Both the position numbers and the translations under genes were made by a program. A DNA stretch of 64,000 nt from Octopus vulgaris (lineage: Eukaryota): contig OX597816.1 of NCBI GenBank assembly GCA_951406725.2, positions 125,550,001-125,614,000 on the forward strand, written 5' to 3'. Under the pieces are notes generated by a model. The model was given only the letters and a program-made list of their open reading frames with translations. It had not been told where the DNA came from and ran no database searches. Shown here one piece after another: positions 29,328 to 41,122 of the stretch (position 1 is the first letter of the stretch; every line of letters begins with the position of its first letter).

Positions 29328-29425
29328 TACAGGCTTCTTTTTGTTTCCGTCTACGAAATCCACTCACAAGACTTCGCCCATAGTGCCACGCAGTAGGACT
29401 GAACCCGGGACTCTGTGGTTGGGAA
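28985..29425 (-). mobile_element. SINE family A (decayed)
   Basis: TGTTTCAGTCATTCGACTGTGACCATGC, GAAATCCACTCACAAG, GTGCCACGCAGTAGGACTGAACCCGG. Confidence 0.85.
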
Positions 29426-30504
29426 GAGATACTCACATATACATTTATATAAGTCTGGATTGATTGGATGGATGGCTGTTTATACGTATGTTTATATAAT
29501 GGTGATATAGCGCTGATAGTCTGTCCTATAGGTTTGCTTTCTAGACTAACATCGGTAGTAATGACAAAACACTAATGTCAGTAACACAATAGGTATCAAC
29601 CGATGCAATATTTCGTTTCATTGGAAATGAGCAAGTCACGTAATAGCCACCTCGCTTGTGTTGTAACAGGTAGAAAAAATATCTTTAGAAATTCTTTGAA
29701 AACTATATCATGTGAGCTAAAGAATCTCTAATTTACCATACCAAATATGCTATGCCTCAAAGGTTAAAGTAAACAAAACATGAGCAAATTCGAAGTCTGA
29801 AAGTGTGGAAGTAGTTTTAGGTAAATAATCACATGGAGAGAGTTCGTAAAATTGTAATGTACATCAAAATTGTTGCATTTTCTTTATATGCTTTACATGG
29901 GAATTATCTAGATGAAACCATAGTTTATTTTGTACGACAGATAAAGTTAGTATTGGATTAGTCATTGCTGCTTAAAATGAAAAACAATCAATCACTAAAT
30001 GGAGCAAACTTCATAGTGTTATGTGCCTACAACTCAACATAGAAGGCAGCACAACAGTGTTTCATTCTTTGTTTTCAGATATTTCTATATTTGAAAAGGG
30101 GTGAAATTAATATCATCAACAATAAATTCAATGCTAATATCCGCAAGAAGAATAATAGACTTAACCGCAACAGCAGTATATACATGACTAAATTCTAAAC
30201 CTAAGCACAATAAATGATTATAAAAGGCATGTCAAAAGTCCTGTAGCAATTACGTCCTATTGCAATGTTAACCTATCACACGTTCTCTCCACTATCATTA
30301 TGAACGGTGATAACTTCCAGTTCATGATTAGATATAGAAACGCTGAGAGTAAGACAAGTAGGTGAACATTCATTGGAAACGAATAATTGCAATGATTCTT
30401 CGTTAACATAACTATTCCAGCGTTAAAACGTTAAGCAAATGCATCAAATAGTTGATGACAGCTCTAGAGACACTATATTAAAGAATCATTTGTCTATATG
30501 TTAA

Positions 30505-31135
30505 ATGTACAGGTTAGTTATTTGCATAACATAAAAAAGGCCAGGGACTGTACACAATTTAAGATAAATGATGATTAGCGCAAATTAAATTTCGTAGAGT
30601 GTTACATTTGGTTTAGAATATTACCGAATAACTTCCAAAACCAAGATTTCTGCAGGAGCTTCCTTTCAATCTCGATATCAATCAGCAAGGGTAGCAATTC
30701 GTTACAACTGGTTAGCCGGATCTCAAAAATGTAAGAAAATAGCAGTAATAGTTTGAAAGGGGAAGTATTTGTTTGTTTAGAGAAAACATTCTACACTGAC
30801 ACACGAACGGAGTAAACATTAAGTAAGAAACCTATGGTAATTCACTGACCTCCTTTCAATTCATAGTTTTTACCTACTGCATTAAGAATTCAATAGATTT
30901 CTTTTGAAGCAGCTATGCTAATACTGAGTCTGAATAACGTTTTGACGCTTTTAACAAAATACTGAAATCCCAATAAGTTTTGTTGACTGTCTAGTCTCTT
31001 AAAGTTTCCCAGACCATCAAAGTTATATTTCAATTCGGATATTGAAAGAAATATTCGCACAGATTTATATATATATATATATATTTGTGTGTGTGTGTGT
31101 GTATATATATATATACAGATATATATATATTTATA

Positions 31136-31171
<36 letters not shown>

Positions 31172-31308
31172 TGTATGTATGTATGTTTATGTACAGATTA
31201 GTTATTTACATAACATAAAAAAGGCCAGCGACAGTACAAAAGTTAAAATAAATGATGATGATTTGGACAAATTAAATTATGTAAAATATAACATTTGGTT
31301 TAGAATAT
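30505..31308 (+). repeat. pair of diverged ~115-bp direct repeats (30505-30621, 31189-31308)
   Basis: shared TTAGTTATTT.CATAACATAAAAAAGGCCAG..CAAATTAAATT..ACATTTGGTTTAGAATAT. Confidence 0.75.
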
Positions 31309-31311
31309 CGT

Positions 31312-31538
31312 CCCCTCTGCCCCCTGTGGGCTAAACATAGAGGGGACAAACAAAGACAGACAAAGGTATTAAGTCGATTACATCGATTCCAGTGCGTAAC
31401 TGGTACTTATTTAATTGACCCCGAAAGGATAAAAAACCAAGTCGACAACGGCGGAATTTGAACTCAGAGCATAAAGACAGGCGAAATACCGCTAAGCATT
31501 TCGCCCAGCGTGCTAACGTTTCTGCCAGCTCACTACCT
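31312..31538 (-). mobile_element. SINE family B
   Basis: reverse complement of GAGCTGGCAGAAACGTTAGCACG..GAGTTCAAATTCCGCCG. Confidence 0.85.
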
Positions 31539-31548
31539 CACAGATATA

Positions 31549-32600
31549 GGAGGGTGCTGAAAAGTTCCTGGCTTTAAGGATACCGCAAAAGAGTAGAGCT
31601 ATTTAGAAGAAGATATGCAAAACATCATGATGGTATGCAATATAACTTTCTCTTTTTACAGATTTAATGCATAATGCCAGCTCCTACTGAGTAGTTTGAT
31701 AAAATTGAAGCACGGCGGTCATGAAGTTCCTCTTTTTGTAAGGCAAAGGAGCGGTGGAAACTGATGGCGAGATGAAGGAAGTCTTCAAGGATGGTTACCC
31801 ATCTCACTCTAAATTGAACATTTGGATGTCAAGGATTCGGACTGGTCATTTAGAGGTCACAGATGAATCTCGGTCAGAACGGTCGACTTCCACGACCACA
31901 GAGGACAAAGCTGTCTATGTGCACGTCATGCTTCTCGAGGACCGCCAGATTTCAACTAAAGTCATAGCTGAAACTCTGGGGATTTCTCGTGAAAGAATTG
32001 GCGACATCATTCACAATATTCTGGACATGAGAAAGCTTTCCTCGGAACGGTGCCAAAATGCCTGAACACCAATCAGAGGCGCATCAAAATGATGACATTA
32101 AAAGCGATTTGGGACCGTTTTGCAGCGGATGAGGTTGATTTTTATGGCTCATTTAGTCATTATGGATGAAAGTTAGCTTCATCATTACGAAGCAGCAATC
32201 AATGGAGTGGTGCCACAGCGGTTCACCGCGTCCAAAGAAGATTCGGATCCAGACGTCAGCTGGAAAGATTCTAGCTTCAGTGTTAAGGGACAAAGATGAA
32301 GGACTTCTCATAAAATATCTGCCAAAGAGTTGTGCCATCAGCGTGAAGCTTTGAAACAGTAACACCATTGAAAGCTGAGCCGTGAAAGGCTGAGCACATA
32401 CAGCACATGGAACTCTACGAAAAATACGCGACTTTTGCTACGAGTTGGTACCCACCTTACTCTCCTGGTTTGGCCCCTTCCGACTATAACCTCTTTCCAC
32501 AACTGAAAAAACAACACAAGGGAAGGAAATTTTACTCCGATTCAGGAGTGGGTGCTGCTACAGAGATCTGGTTGTAGTCTCAATCTTTCGAGTTTTACAG
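31549..32600 (+). mobile_element. mariner transposon, decayed, 3' end interrupted
   Basis: TIR-like GGAGGGTGCTGAAAAGTTCC; VMKFLFL, HTH ISTKVIAETLGISRERIGDIIHNILDMRKL, KQQSMEW..SPRPKK..SAGKILASV, PYSPGLAPSDYNLFPQLKK. Confidence 0.9.
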
Positions 32601-32660
32601 AGCTGGAATCGAACTCGGAATCCTCGGGTTAGTAGCCCGCACTCTTAACCACTACGCCAT
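32601..32660 (-). other. tRNA-like Pol III head (not a functional tRNA)
   Basis: minus: TGGCGTAGTGGTTAAGAGTGCGGGCTACTAACCCGAGGATTCCGAGTTCGATTCC, with A box, anticodon-like stem and B box; acceptor stem incomplete. Confidence 0.75.
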
Positions 32661-32707
32661 ATTGAAAAATACCTTAGGAATGAGAACCCAGGTTCGAAAT
32701 TTCCCCA

Positions 32708-32755
32708 AGACACCTGATGAAGGTTGGGGCGTATATCAGCCGAAACGTTTTGTTT
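32708..32755 (+). ncRNA. minimal hammerhead ribozyme motif (Penelope-type)
   Basis: ACAC-CUGAUGA-A-GGUUG..CAGCC-GAAAC-GUU-UUGU; loopless ACGU stem III; one stem I mismatch. Confidence 0.7.
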
Positions 32756-33426
32756 ACAACAAACAAGATGTGGATAAATATCCATCAATTGTAAATAATG
32801 TAAATAATATACATAATTCCTCATCTCTGAAATATAGAACTGCATAAACTCATAAATGTTACGTTATATGGTACACTTTGATCAGTTACCTAATTTAGGA
32901 ATATTCAATTAGATTTTTAAATTTGTAATATACTCCTTATTTGATTGATTATATTTGATCTCTGTCTATGCTGAAGTTTTACTGAATGACTAGATTCATA
33001 AAGAACTATCATATAATTCACAACTATACTGTTCTAAACAATTCATCAAAATATATTATATCAAATAGAGAGTATTACAGACACCTCTGGCATATAAAAT
33101 CGACTTTGCCATTCCCCTGCTCTCAACATCATGTATACAGACAAGAAAAAGGTGAGATTTCAACATATCCTGAATTTTACACAGCACTTAGATCAGAAAT
33201 CACTGGGTATCCAAGTTTATTGTACACTACTAAGTGAAACGTGATAAAAGTTATATCAAGACAACATATCTAACGTCAGACCATCTACTTGCGTGACAGA
33301 TATTTTTTTTTCGATCAGAGCAGATTTGGGTATACAAAAGAATAGTAACAACAATCTAATATATTACGGAGTGTTTCAGACACTTTAGAATTTAAAATGT
33401 TTTTGTGTGTGTGTATCTGTGTGTGT

Positions 33427-33469
<43 letters not shown>

Positions 33470-33749
33470 CATACGAATATACCAGCCTACATCACTCGGA
33501 ATTGAGGATGATTTAGTAGAATGTGACAGATTCAGTGAAGGCATGGAAAGTTAGAAAAACACTCGGCTTTAACCTGAATGAACCGCAGTAGCCCAGATTA
33601 ATACAAAGGAAAACAAATATTGGAAGAAATTTTCAATTTTATTATTTCACTCAACTTCTGTAGAAGTGAAAGTCTTGACTGACGATATAACCTGACACCC
33701 GGTTCCAGGAACCTGCGATCTTGTAACTTATGTACAGTTATATAGTGGT

Positions 33750-33750
33750 A

Positions 33751-33846
<96 letters not shown>

Positions 33847-33860
33847 TGTGTGTGTGTGCT
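33750..33860. repeat. (GT)n microsatellite
   Basis: direct reading. Confidence 0.95.
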
Positions 33861-35752
33861 CGCGCGTGTGTGTTTGTGTATACTAAGGTCACTTTGTAAT
33901 TATTTTGTTTATAAAAGTATTTATTTCACTGCTACATCAGTGGAATGAAATAATAAAATTGAAATTTTCTTGCAATATTAGTTTTCCTCTGAATTCCTGT
34001 GAGCTGTGTAATTCTTCTCTAAATAGAATATAGCTCAGTGCACACAGAGATAATTCAAAGGTTAAGCCATTACACTTCACTTCTACATATTAGCTTTAAT
34101 TATGATGGCAGCTTTATCCTCGCAAAACATTAATAGAGGTCACTTGAATTTATACTAATTTTCTTTGATCGTCAGAAAATCTTCAGTTTCCAGTAAGAAG
34201 AAATAATAAAAAACCGAAATCTCAATTCATATTCGAATAAAGCATTTCAAATTTTACTCTATCATGAGGAACATGTAGATATGATGCATATTGATTAAAA
34301 TACATTACCATCATACATTCTCTTAAATAATTTCTGATTGATTTGAAGATTAAGCTACTTCTTAAGATCTACTAATAATTGAAAACGTCAGAAGATGTCA
34401 ACTGGAAATATATAAATATCGTATAACACTACTTAACACTTCAATTGATAATTCATAGATATTGCTTTTATTTGACCCCATTTATATTTTACTCAAGTTA
34501 ATGTATTTCATATTTCTCTGGAAACCGATGCCTAATATCAGCAATACTATTCAATGCAATTCCTTTATTTTTTCCCCGCTTAGACGAAGTAAGCAGTCAA
34601 TAAAACTGCAATATGCTGTCGATAATCCTATGTCTCCAATAGCTATTCTAGCAGGATTATAATTCTTATGGAAAAATCTACATAGATATGTTTGAAAAGT
34701 GATAACAGATTTCATCGGAATAATCTCATTTAGAGTGTGTACTAACAGCTTTTTTCATCCATCATGGGACCACATAAACTAACAGCTCAGCTGCAGTTAT
34801 ATTTATAAGATTGTATCACATTAATGTTTAGATGCTTTAATCACACTGATACAAATTAAACTAAGACATCTGTAAACAATAACGTAAGGCTAATTGGAAC
34901 TTGGTAATGAACTTGATTCTTTGGTAGCTTATATTCTGTTCTATATTTTCTCTCAAAACCTCAAGAGCTGCAAATAGATACGCCTACGAATCGGTGGTTC
35001 GCATGTTATGATTAATCCTCTATCTTGCCAAACCACTTTACACCATATATCTAGCCAATATATTTGCAATTATGTTCCAAAGTGTTGTTTACTCAGCTGC
35101 TGAAAGGCGCTAAAATTGACGGAAGTATTGTTACTCATTGTGCTGAGCTCCAATTTCTTGTCGATCGCGATCCAAATAAATAAGGCTAACAACGTAGTCA
35201 TATTTTTATATCATCTCTAATGTTAATGTGATTTTAAAATATTTGAAATAGCAAAAATAGAATTTGATATAACGCTGGACAACCCTCCCTGCAGTCCAAA
35301 GGTGAAATAATTATACGAGATTTTGAAGCTTTTATTCATAACTTTGTTGCTATAATCTGTTACCGTAGAAGATTTTAAAATAACATTTAAATAGCAAATG
35401 GCTTTTATGTTCCTCATTTTTACATGATCGATAAATGGAGCTATATGAAATGTATATTAAGTTTCGCTAACTAGTTTTATTAATCTTTATTTTATTTGCA
35501 TTTTATGAATTTAAGCAATAACCATTTAAATTTACCCTCCATTTTCTAAAATCAGGTATTTTCATGAGGCTAACACAATGAAATCTGCTTATTCATATAA
35601 ACACATACAATGGCATGAAAACATTTGTATAGAGAGCTTACACTAAAAAACTCAGACATTTGCAAAAAGTCGACAAAGAGACCAATATTTCGAAATAAAA
35701 TTTAGTAATTCAAATTTTTGAATTGGATCTGAAAATTTTGAATTGATTTTCG

Positions 35753-35754
<2 letters not shown>

Positions 35755-35835
<81 letters not shown>
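35755..35835. repeat. (AAT)n microsatellite
   Basis: direct reading. Confidence 0.95.
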
Positions 35836-35836
<1 letters not shown>

Positions 35837-36438
35837 CGCACTGAATAACAACATGGATGTACTACATCGGGCTCCCCAATCAAAAACAAATCTAATCCAA
35901 TAACATCGATGGAATTAGATAACGGATCCTGTGGAAGAATTGAAGGAAGCGGTGTTTTAACGAAAACAATTTTTAAAAAAGACGAAATTTTACTGCCATA
36001 CAAAGCATGGTTTCTCCTACGCACGATGTATCAGTGAAACATATGCGAAATATTCACGCGATATCAACACCGGAAAGTTTACAAATTCTAAAATAGAAAT
36101 GGAACAAAATAGTAAGTATATAAATTGAGTAATTACGCATACATTCGAATGTCTACACAACCATATATACATTTTGATACCCATAGGACTACTCATACAT
36201 CTGAATGTTTACACAACTACGTGACATTTACAGGACACACTCACGCATATAAAAAACCTGCCACAAACGAAGAAAAACAAAAACATTTTTTTCCTGTTTT
36301 CTTTCTTTTTTTCTTACTTTATTTTCACTTTTCGAGCTAACACAGAGTGAACAATTCATAGGTATAAAAACACCAAAAAAAAAAACTATGCTCGAAGATA
36401 AATCTATCAACAAAAAAATACAGACGAATACAGATCTA

Positions 36439-36810
36439 GGCGCAAGGAGTGGCTGTGTGGTAAGTAGCTTGCTAACCAACCACATGGTTCCGGGTTCAGT
36501 CCCACTGCGTGGCATCTTGGGCAAGTGTCTTCTGCTATAGCCCCGGGCCGATCAATGCCTTGTGAGTGGATTTGGTAGACGGAAACTGAAAGAAGCCTGT
36601 CGTATATATGTATAGATGTATGTGTGTGTTTGTGTGTCTGTGTTTGTCTCCCTAGCATTGCTTGACAACCGATGCTGGTGTGTTTACTTCCCCGTCAATT
36701 AGCGGTTCGGCAAAAGAGACCGATAGAATAAGTACTGGGCTTACAAAGGCAGTGCTCCAGCATGGCCGCAGTCAAATGACTGAAACAAGTAAAAGAGAGA
36801 AAAGAGAGAA
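36439..36810 (+). mobile_element. SINE family A nested in the R4 5' region
   Basis: GGCGCAAGGAGTGGCTGTGTGG..GGGTTCAGTCCC..GAAACAAGTAAAAGAG; flanking AGATCT/ATATCT is a possible TSD. Confidence 0.92.
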
Positions 36811-36811
36811 T

Positions 36812-37220
36812 ATCTGTTAGCCTTAAGAAGCTACGTTACGAGCAATGTTTACATGCAGAGAATTCGGTGACGGTGTTGTCTCAAAAAATTTACCCTAAAC
36901 AGACAAATCCGTCCCTTAATGTCAACGTCGAAGCTCGTCATGTCTCAATGATAATAAAGCAAAGTACAAACCAGATTAGTCGTCGACCGGATCACAAAGG
37001 GCCACGTACTCGATATAGATCTGTTAGCCTTAAGAAACTACGTTGCGAGAAATGTTTAAATGCACAGAGCTCAGAGACGGTGTTATCTCAAAAAATTAAC
37101 CCTAAACAGACAGATCCATCCCCGGATGTCAACGTCGAAGCTCGTCATGCCTCACCGTTAACAAAGCAAAATACAAACCGGAATGGTCATCGACCGGATT
37201 ACAAAGGACCACCTATTCAA
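36812..37220 (+). repeat. 207-bp (69-codon) in-frame tandem duplication
   Basis: ATCTGTTAGCCTTAAGAA at 36812 and 37019; peptide TVLSQKI.PKQT.PS..VNVEARH occurs twice. Confidence 0.9.
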
Positions 37221-39455
37221 ATGATGAACCAGATTCGGGGAGAAAAATCAGCTACTGGTTCAAATCTTCCCGACAAACAAGAGCTGGAAGTACCCCACAA
37301 CCGGAATATTCCAACAGATGGCCATCCAGGCTCATCATCAAATAATCAAAAGAAAATGAATGAAAATAGTCTAGGGAAGATAATAAAGAAATTCTTACAG
37401 CTTTCTATCATTCCATATATTTCCCCACAAATAAATCTAATACTGTACAAATCTACTTAAACTGGTGACAGAAACACCCTGAAGTAAGACTCTACATAAG
37501 GTTAGGGTTAGGGTAAGTAACAAACTTGCCAAGGTCAGAAGAAACATTATGAAAGAAAACTACTAACTGAATTAGAGATTGACCAAATTAAATATGCAGT
37601 AAGGGGTAAAAAGAACGAAGCTGCAGCTAAAGAAGATACTACAGAGGAAATAATTATAGACCAGCCCAGGGCTGTTGAAAATGCAGTAATTGTTGAAAGA
37701 GTTAATGTAATTGATAGACAAAGTGAAATACTCTCTGAACCAACCATAAACACTAAGGCAGATTAAAATCAAATAGATGAATAAAGTCACACAAATATTG
37801 ACGCCACATAACTACATGATCTAAAAAAATCAAATCATGATGGATTGGCTGAAATTTAAAGAAACCAGTATGAATGAACGCGATACACTCCCAAAAATTC
37901 GCAATTCTAACAAAAACCTGAAAATAATTGGTAAAATCCGCTTTGCTCTTAAGAATATAATTTCAGCTAATGATGTTGATAGCACAGATCTCAACCACCT
38001 GTACTATGCATCCGCATAAATCTCAACGATTCTATGTGCTGAAAAGATTAGAAAACGACAACATTCCCACAAAAAGCCTTCTTGGCAAGAGCGTATTGAG
38101 CACCAAATTAAGATACTTAGTTCTGACATAGAATATTTGTAAACCTTAAGTTTGACAAGACTACCAAACCTACAAAAACCCGAAAACTAAAGAAAGAATA
38201 TATAGAAACCATACTTGACATTGATACCACCATAGAAACCGTCAAGCAAAATGTATGTGCTAAAGCAGCCCGCATAGCAAGGTATGAAAAGCGTGTTAGA
38301 TTCTTCAAGGACATGTTTAAAAATAACCCCTAACGTTAACCTTGACCAGCAGAATGTCATAAAAGAGTTAGAACCAGCGGAAAGCTACAAATACCTAGGG
38401 GTACTTGAAGGAGACGGGGTCAGGCATTCAGTGATAAGGGTAAAGGATCAGAAGAGAATGTTATCGCAGGGTGAGAGCAATACTTAAGACAGAGCTGAAT
38501 GCAAGAAACAGGATCGAAGCGAACAGTGTTTTAGCCATACCAGTCGTGACTTGCAGTTTCAATATCATTAACTGGTCAATTACTGAAATATGAAATCTTG
38601 GCAGAAATATACGAAAATTGTTGACAATCCATAGAATGCACCACCCTAAGGCAGATATAGAACGACTTTATTTGCCAAGAAAAGAGGGAGGCCGTTGACT
38701 TTTACAACTGGCTTTAACAATGAAGATTGCCATAACTGGCCTAGACACCTACTGGAAAAACTCTTAGGACTGGATGTTAAAAACTTGTCTCAAAGCATGA
38801 AAACAAGAAAGCATCAAACTCAGTAACAAAACAGGCAAAGGAATATCTAAGTGAATTCCAAATTCTGGAATTAGACATACTAGTAACAAGCGCAGAAAAA
38901 GCTAAGCACATGAAAACCGGTGCTAAAACTGCTGCCTTAGATATTCTGACTGATAAATGACAAGAAAAACTTCTCAATGGTAAATACCCAAAAAGAGTGA
39001 ATAATGCCGATGTTGACAAAGCTCTTACCCATCAATGGTTAATGGCTTCTGGCTTAAAATTTGAAACAGAAGGGGTTATCATAGTAGCCCAAGACCAATG
39101 CCTACCAACAAGGAACTACCAGGCCAACATATTAAAGAACGGCAGCTTCCCAACATGTCGTGTATGTAAACAACGAAATGAAACTATTGATCATGTTGTC
39201 TCCATGTGCAATCTTCTTGCACCTACAGAGTATCTCAACAGGCATGATAGAGCTGCACAATATAGTCACTGGGTAATTTGCAAAAACTTGGACTTGCCCC
39301 ATGATAAAAACTGGTGGGAACACAAACCACCTCCAGTTCTCTAAAATAATCACATCTCACTCCTCTGGAACTTCACCATTCACACTGACAGAAAGATGAA
39401 AATAGGCCAGAATCGTATTGAAAGACTTCAGAAAAAATCATGCCTCCTCATTGAA

Positions 39456-39765
39456 ATGTACGCTCAGTTTGCAAGAGATGTGAATGCCAAGACAGATACT
39501 GAGGACCGGTGGCTATGGATGAGGAGTGACCTGAACATAGAGACAGAAGCACTCATATGCGCAGCTCGGGAACAAGCGTTAAAGACCAATTATATGAAGT
39601 GCAGAATTGACACTACCGATAGTGACAAATGCAGAATGTGTGGTGAGAGGGGTGAAACGGTATGGCACATCGTTAGCGAATGCCCGAAATTGGCACAACG
39701 CGAATACAAACGACGCCATGACAATGTGGCAACCAGAGTTCTTCGGAAACTCTTGTTTCGCATAA
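39456..39765 (+). mobile_element. fragment of a second R4-clade family (CCHC region)
   Basis: ETEALICAAREQALKTNY..KCRMCGERGETVWHIVSECPKLAQREYKRRHDNVA. Confidence 0.85.
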
Positions 39766-40211
39766 ACTGAGGTAAAGTAAAGTCTGTCATCACCACTATT
39801 ATTTTTCGTCATCTGAAAATTTCAAGCAACTTTCTTTTGCATCAGTTATTGCACCTTTGTGCTAGTGGGATGGTGTGTGCTGCATTTTTATGGGGGGTGG
39901 GGAGAGATACTTTATTGTTTCAGTACATTTTTTATGGGGTTTTGTTTGAGTTTTCTGTTGTACTAGTTTTTTTTTATCGTGTGTTGTTTGTGTAACGCAA
40001 GTTGTGTTCTTTTGTCGAGTATCGGCCTTCTATGGCACATGTCGGTTTTGTTTATTTTGTTGGGTATTTACAGTGTGAATTTATTCTTGTGTTTTTGGAG
40101 GTGTGTTGCATAGTAGTGTGTGAGTGTGTAACTCCTAAATCAACTATTCTATAGTATTTATGATTATCCGTCTAGCGTCCTTTTGCTTGGTTTTGTTGTG
40201 AGTTTCGTTAA

Positions 40212-40255
<44 letters not shown>

Positions 40256-40257
40256 AA

Positions 40258-41055
40258 GGCGACGAGCTGGCAGAATCGTTAGCTCACCGGTTGAAATGCT
40301 TAGTGGCAATTTGTCCGTCGCTACATTCCGAAATCAAATTACGCAAAGGTCATCTTTGCCTTTCATCAAGTTGGGGGTCGATGAATTAATTACAAGTTGA
40401 GTACTGGGATCGATGTAATCGATTATCCCCCTCTCCCAAATTTTAGTCTTTGTGTCTATAGTAGAAAGGATTATTATAATTATTATTACTAAGTCAAGCT
40501 GACAGAATCGTTAGCATGCCGGACAAAATACTTAGCAGTATTTCATCCGCTTTCAAATTCCGCCGAGGTCGACTTTGCCTTTCATCCTTTCGGGGTCGAT
40601 TAAATAAGTACCAGTTACACACTGGGGTCGATATAATCGACTTAATCCGTTTGTCTGTCTTTGTTTGTCCTCTCTGTGTTTACCTTGTGGGTAAAAAAAG
40701 AAATAGGTATTTCGTCCGTTTCACGTTCTCAGATCAAATTCCTCCGTGGTCGGTTTTGTCTTTCATTCTTTCGGGGTCGATAAAATAGGTACTAGTTGAG
40801 AAATGAGGTCGCTGTAATCGACTTACCTCCCCACAAAAGTAGTGAAGTAACAGAATCGTTTGCGAGCCGGACAAAATACTTAGTGATATTTCATGTCTTT
40901 GTGTTCTGAGTCCAAATTCCGCCAAGGTCGACATTGCCTTTCATCATTATGGGTCGATAAAATAAGTACCATTTGGGTATTCGGGTCCATGTGATTAACT
41001 TAACCCCTACCTCGAAATTGCTGGCTTCGTGCCAAAATTCGAAATCATGGTTATT
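40258..41055 (+). mobile_element. head-to-tail cluster of four family-B SINEs
   Basis: repeated CAGAATCGTT / CAAATTCCGCC.AGGTCGAC / TTTGCCTTTCATC / GGGGTCGAT..AAATAAGTAC near 40258, 40495, 40710 and 40850. Confidence 0.88.
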
Positions 41056-41084
41056 ATTATTGCTGTTGTTGTTTTGTTGTTAAT

Positions 41085-41122
<38 letters not shown>

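Larger units (their letters stand above)
35836..39455 (+). mobile_element. R4/Dong LINE, decayed, with N-terminal region retained and RT core deleted
   Basis: NKLAKVRRNI, LNHLYYASA, KPSWQERIE, ARIARYEKR then YKYLG, HHPKADIERLYLPRKEGGR, ETEGVIIVAQDQCLPTRNY, CRVCKQRNETIDHVVSMC, RHD; 5' boundary after (AAT)n is inferred. Confidence 0.85.
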
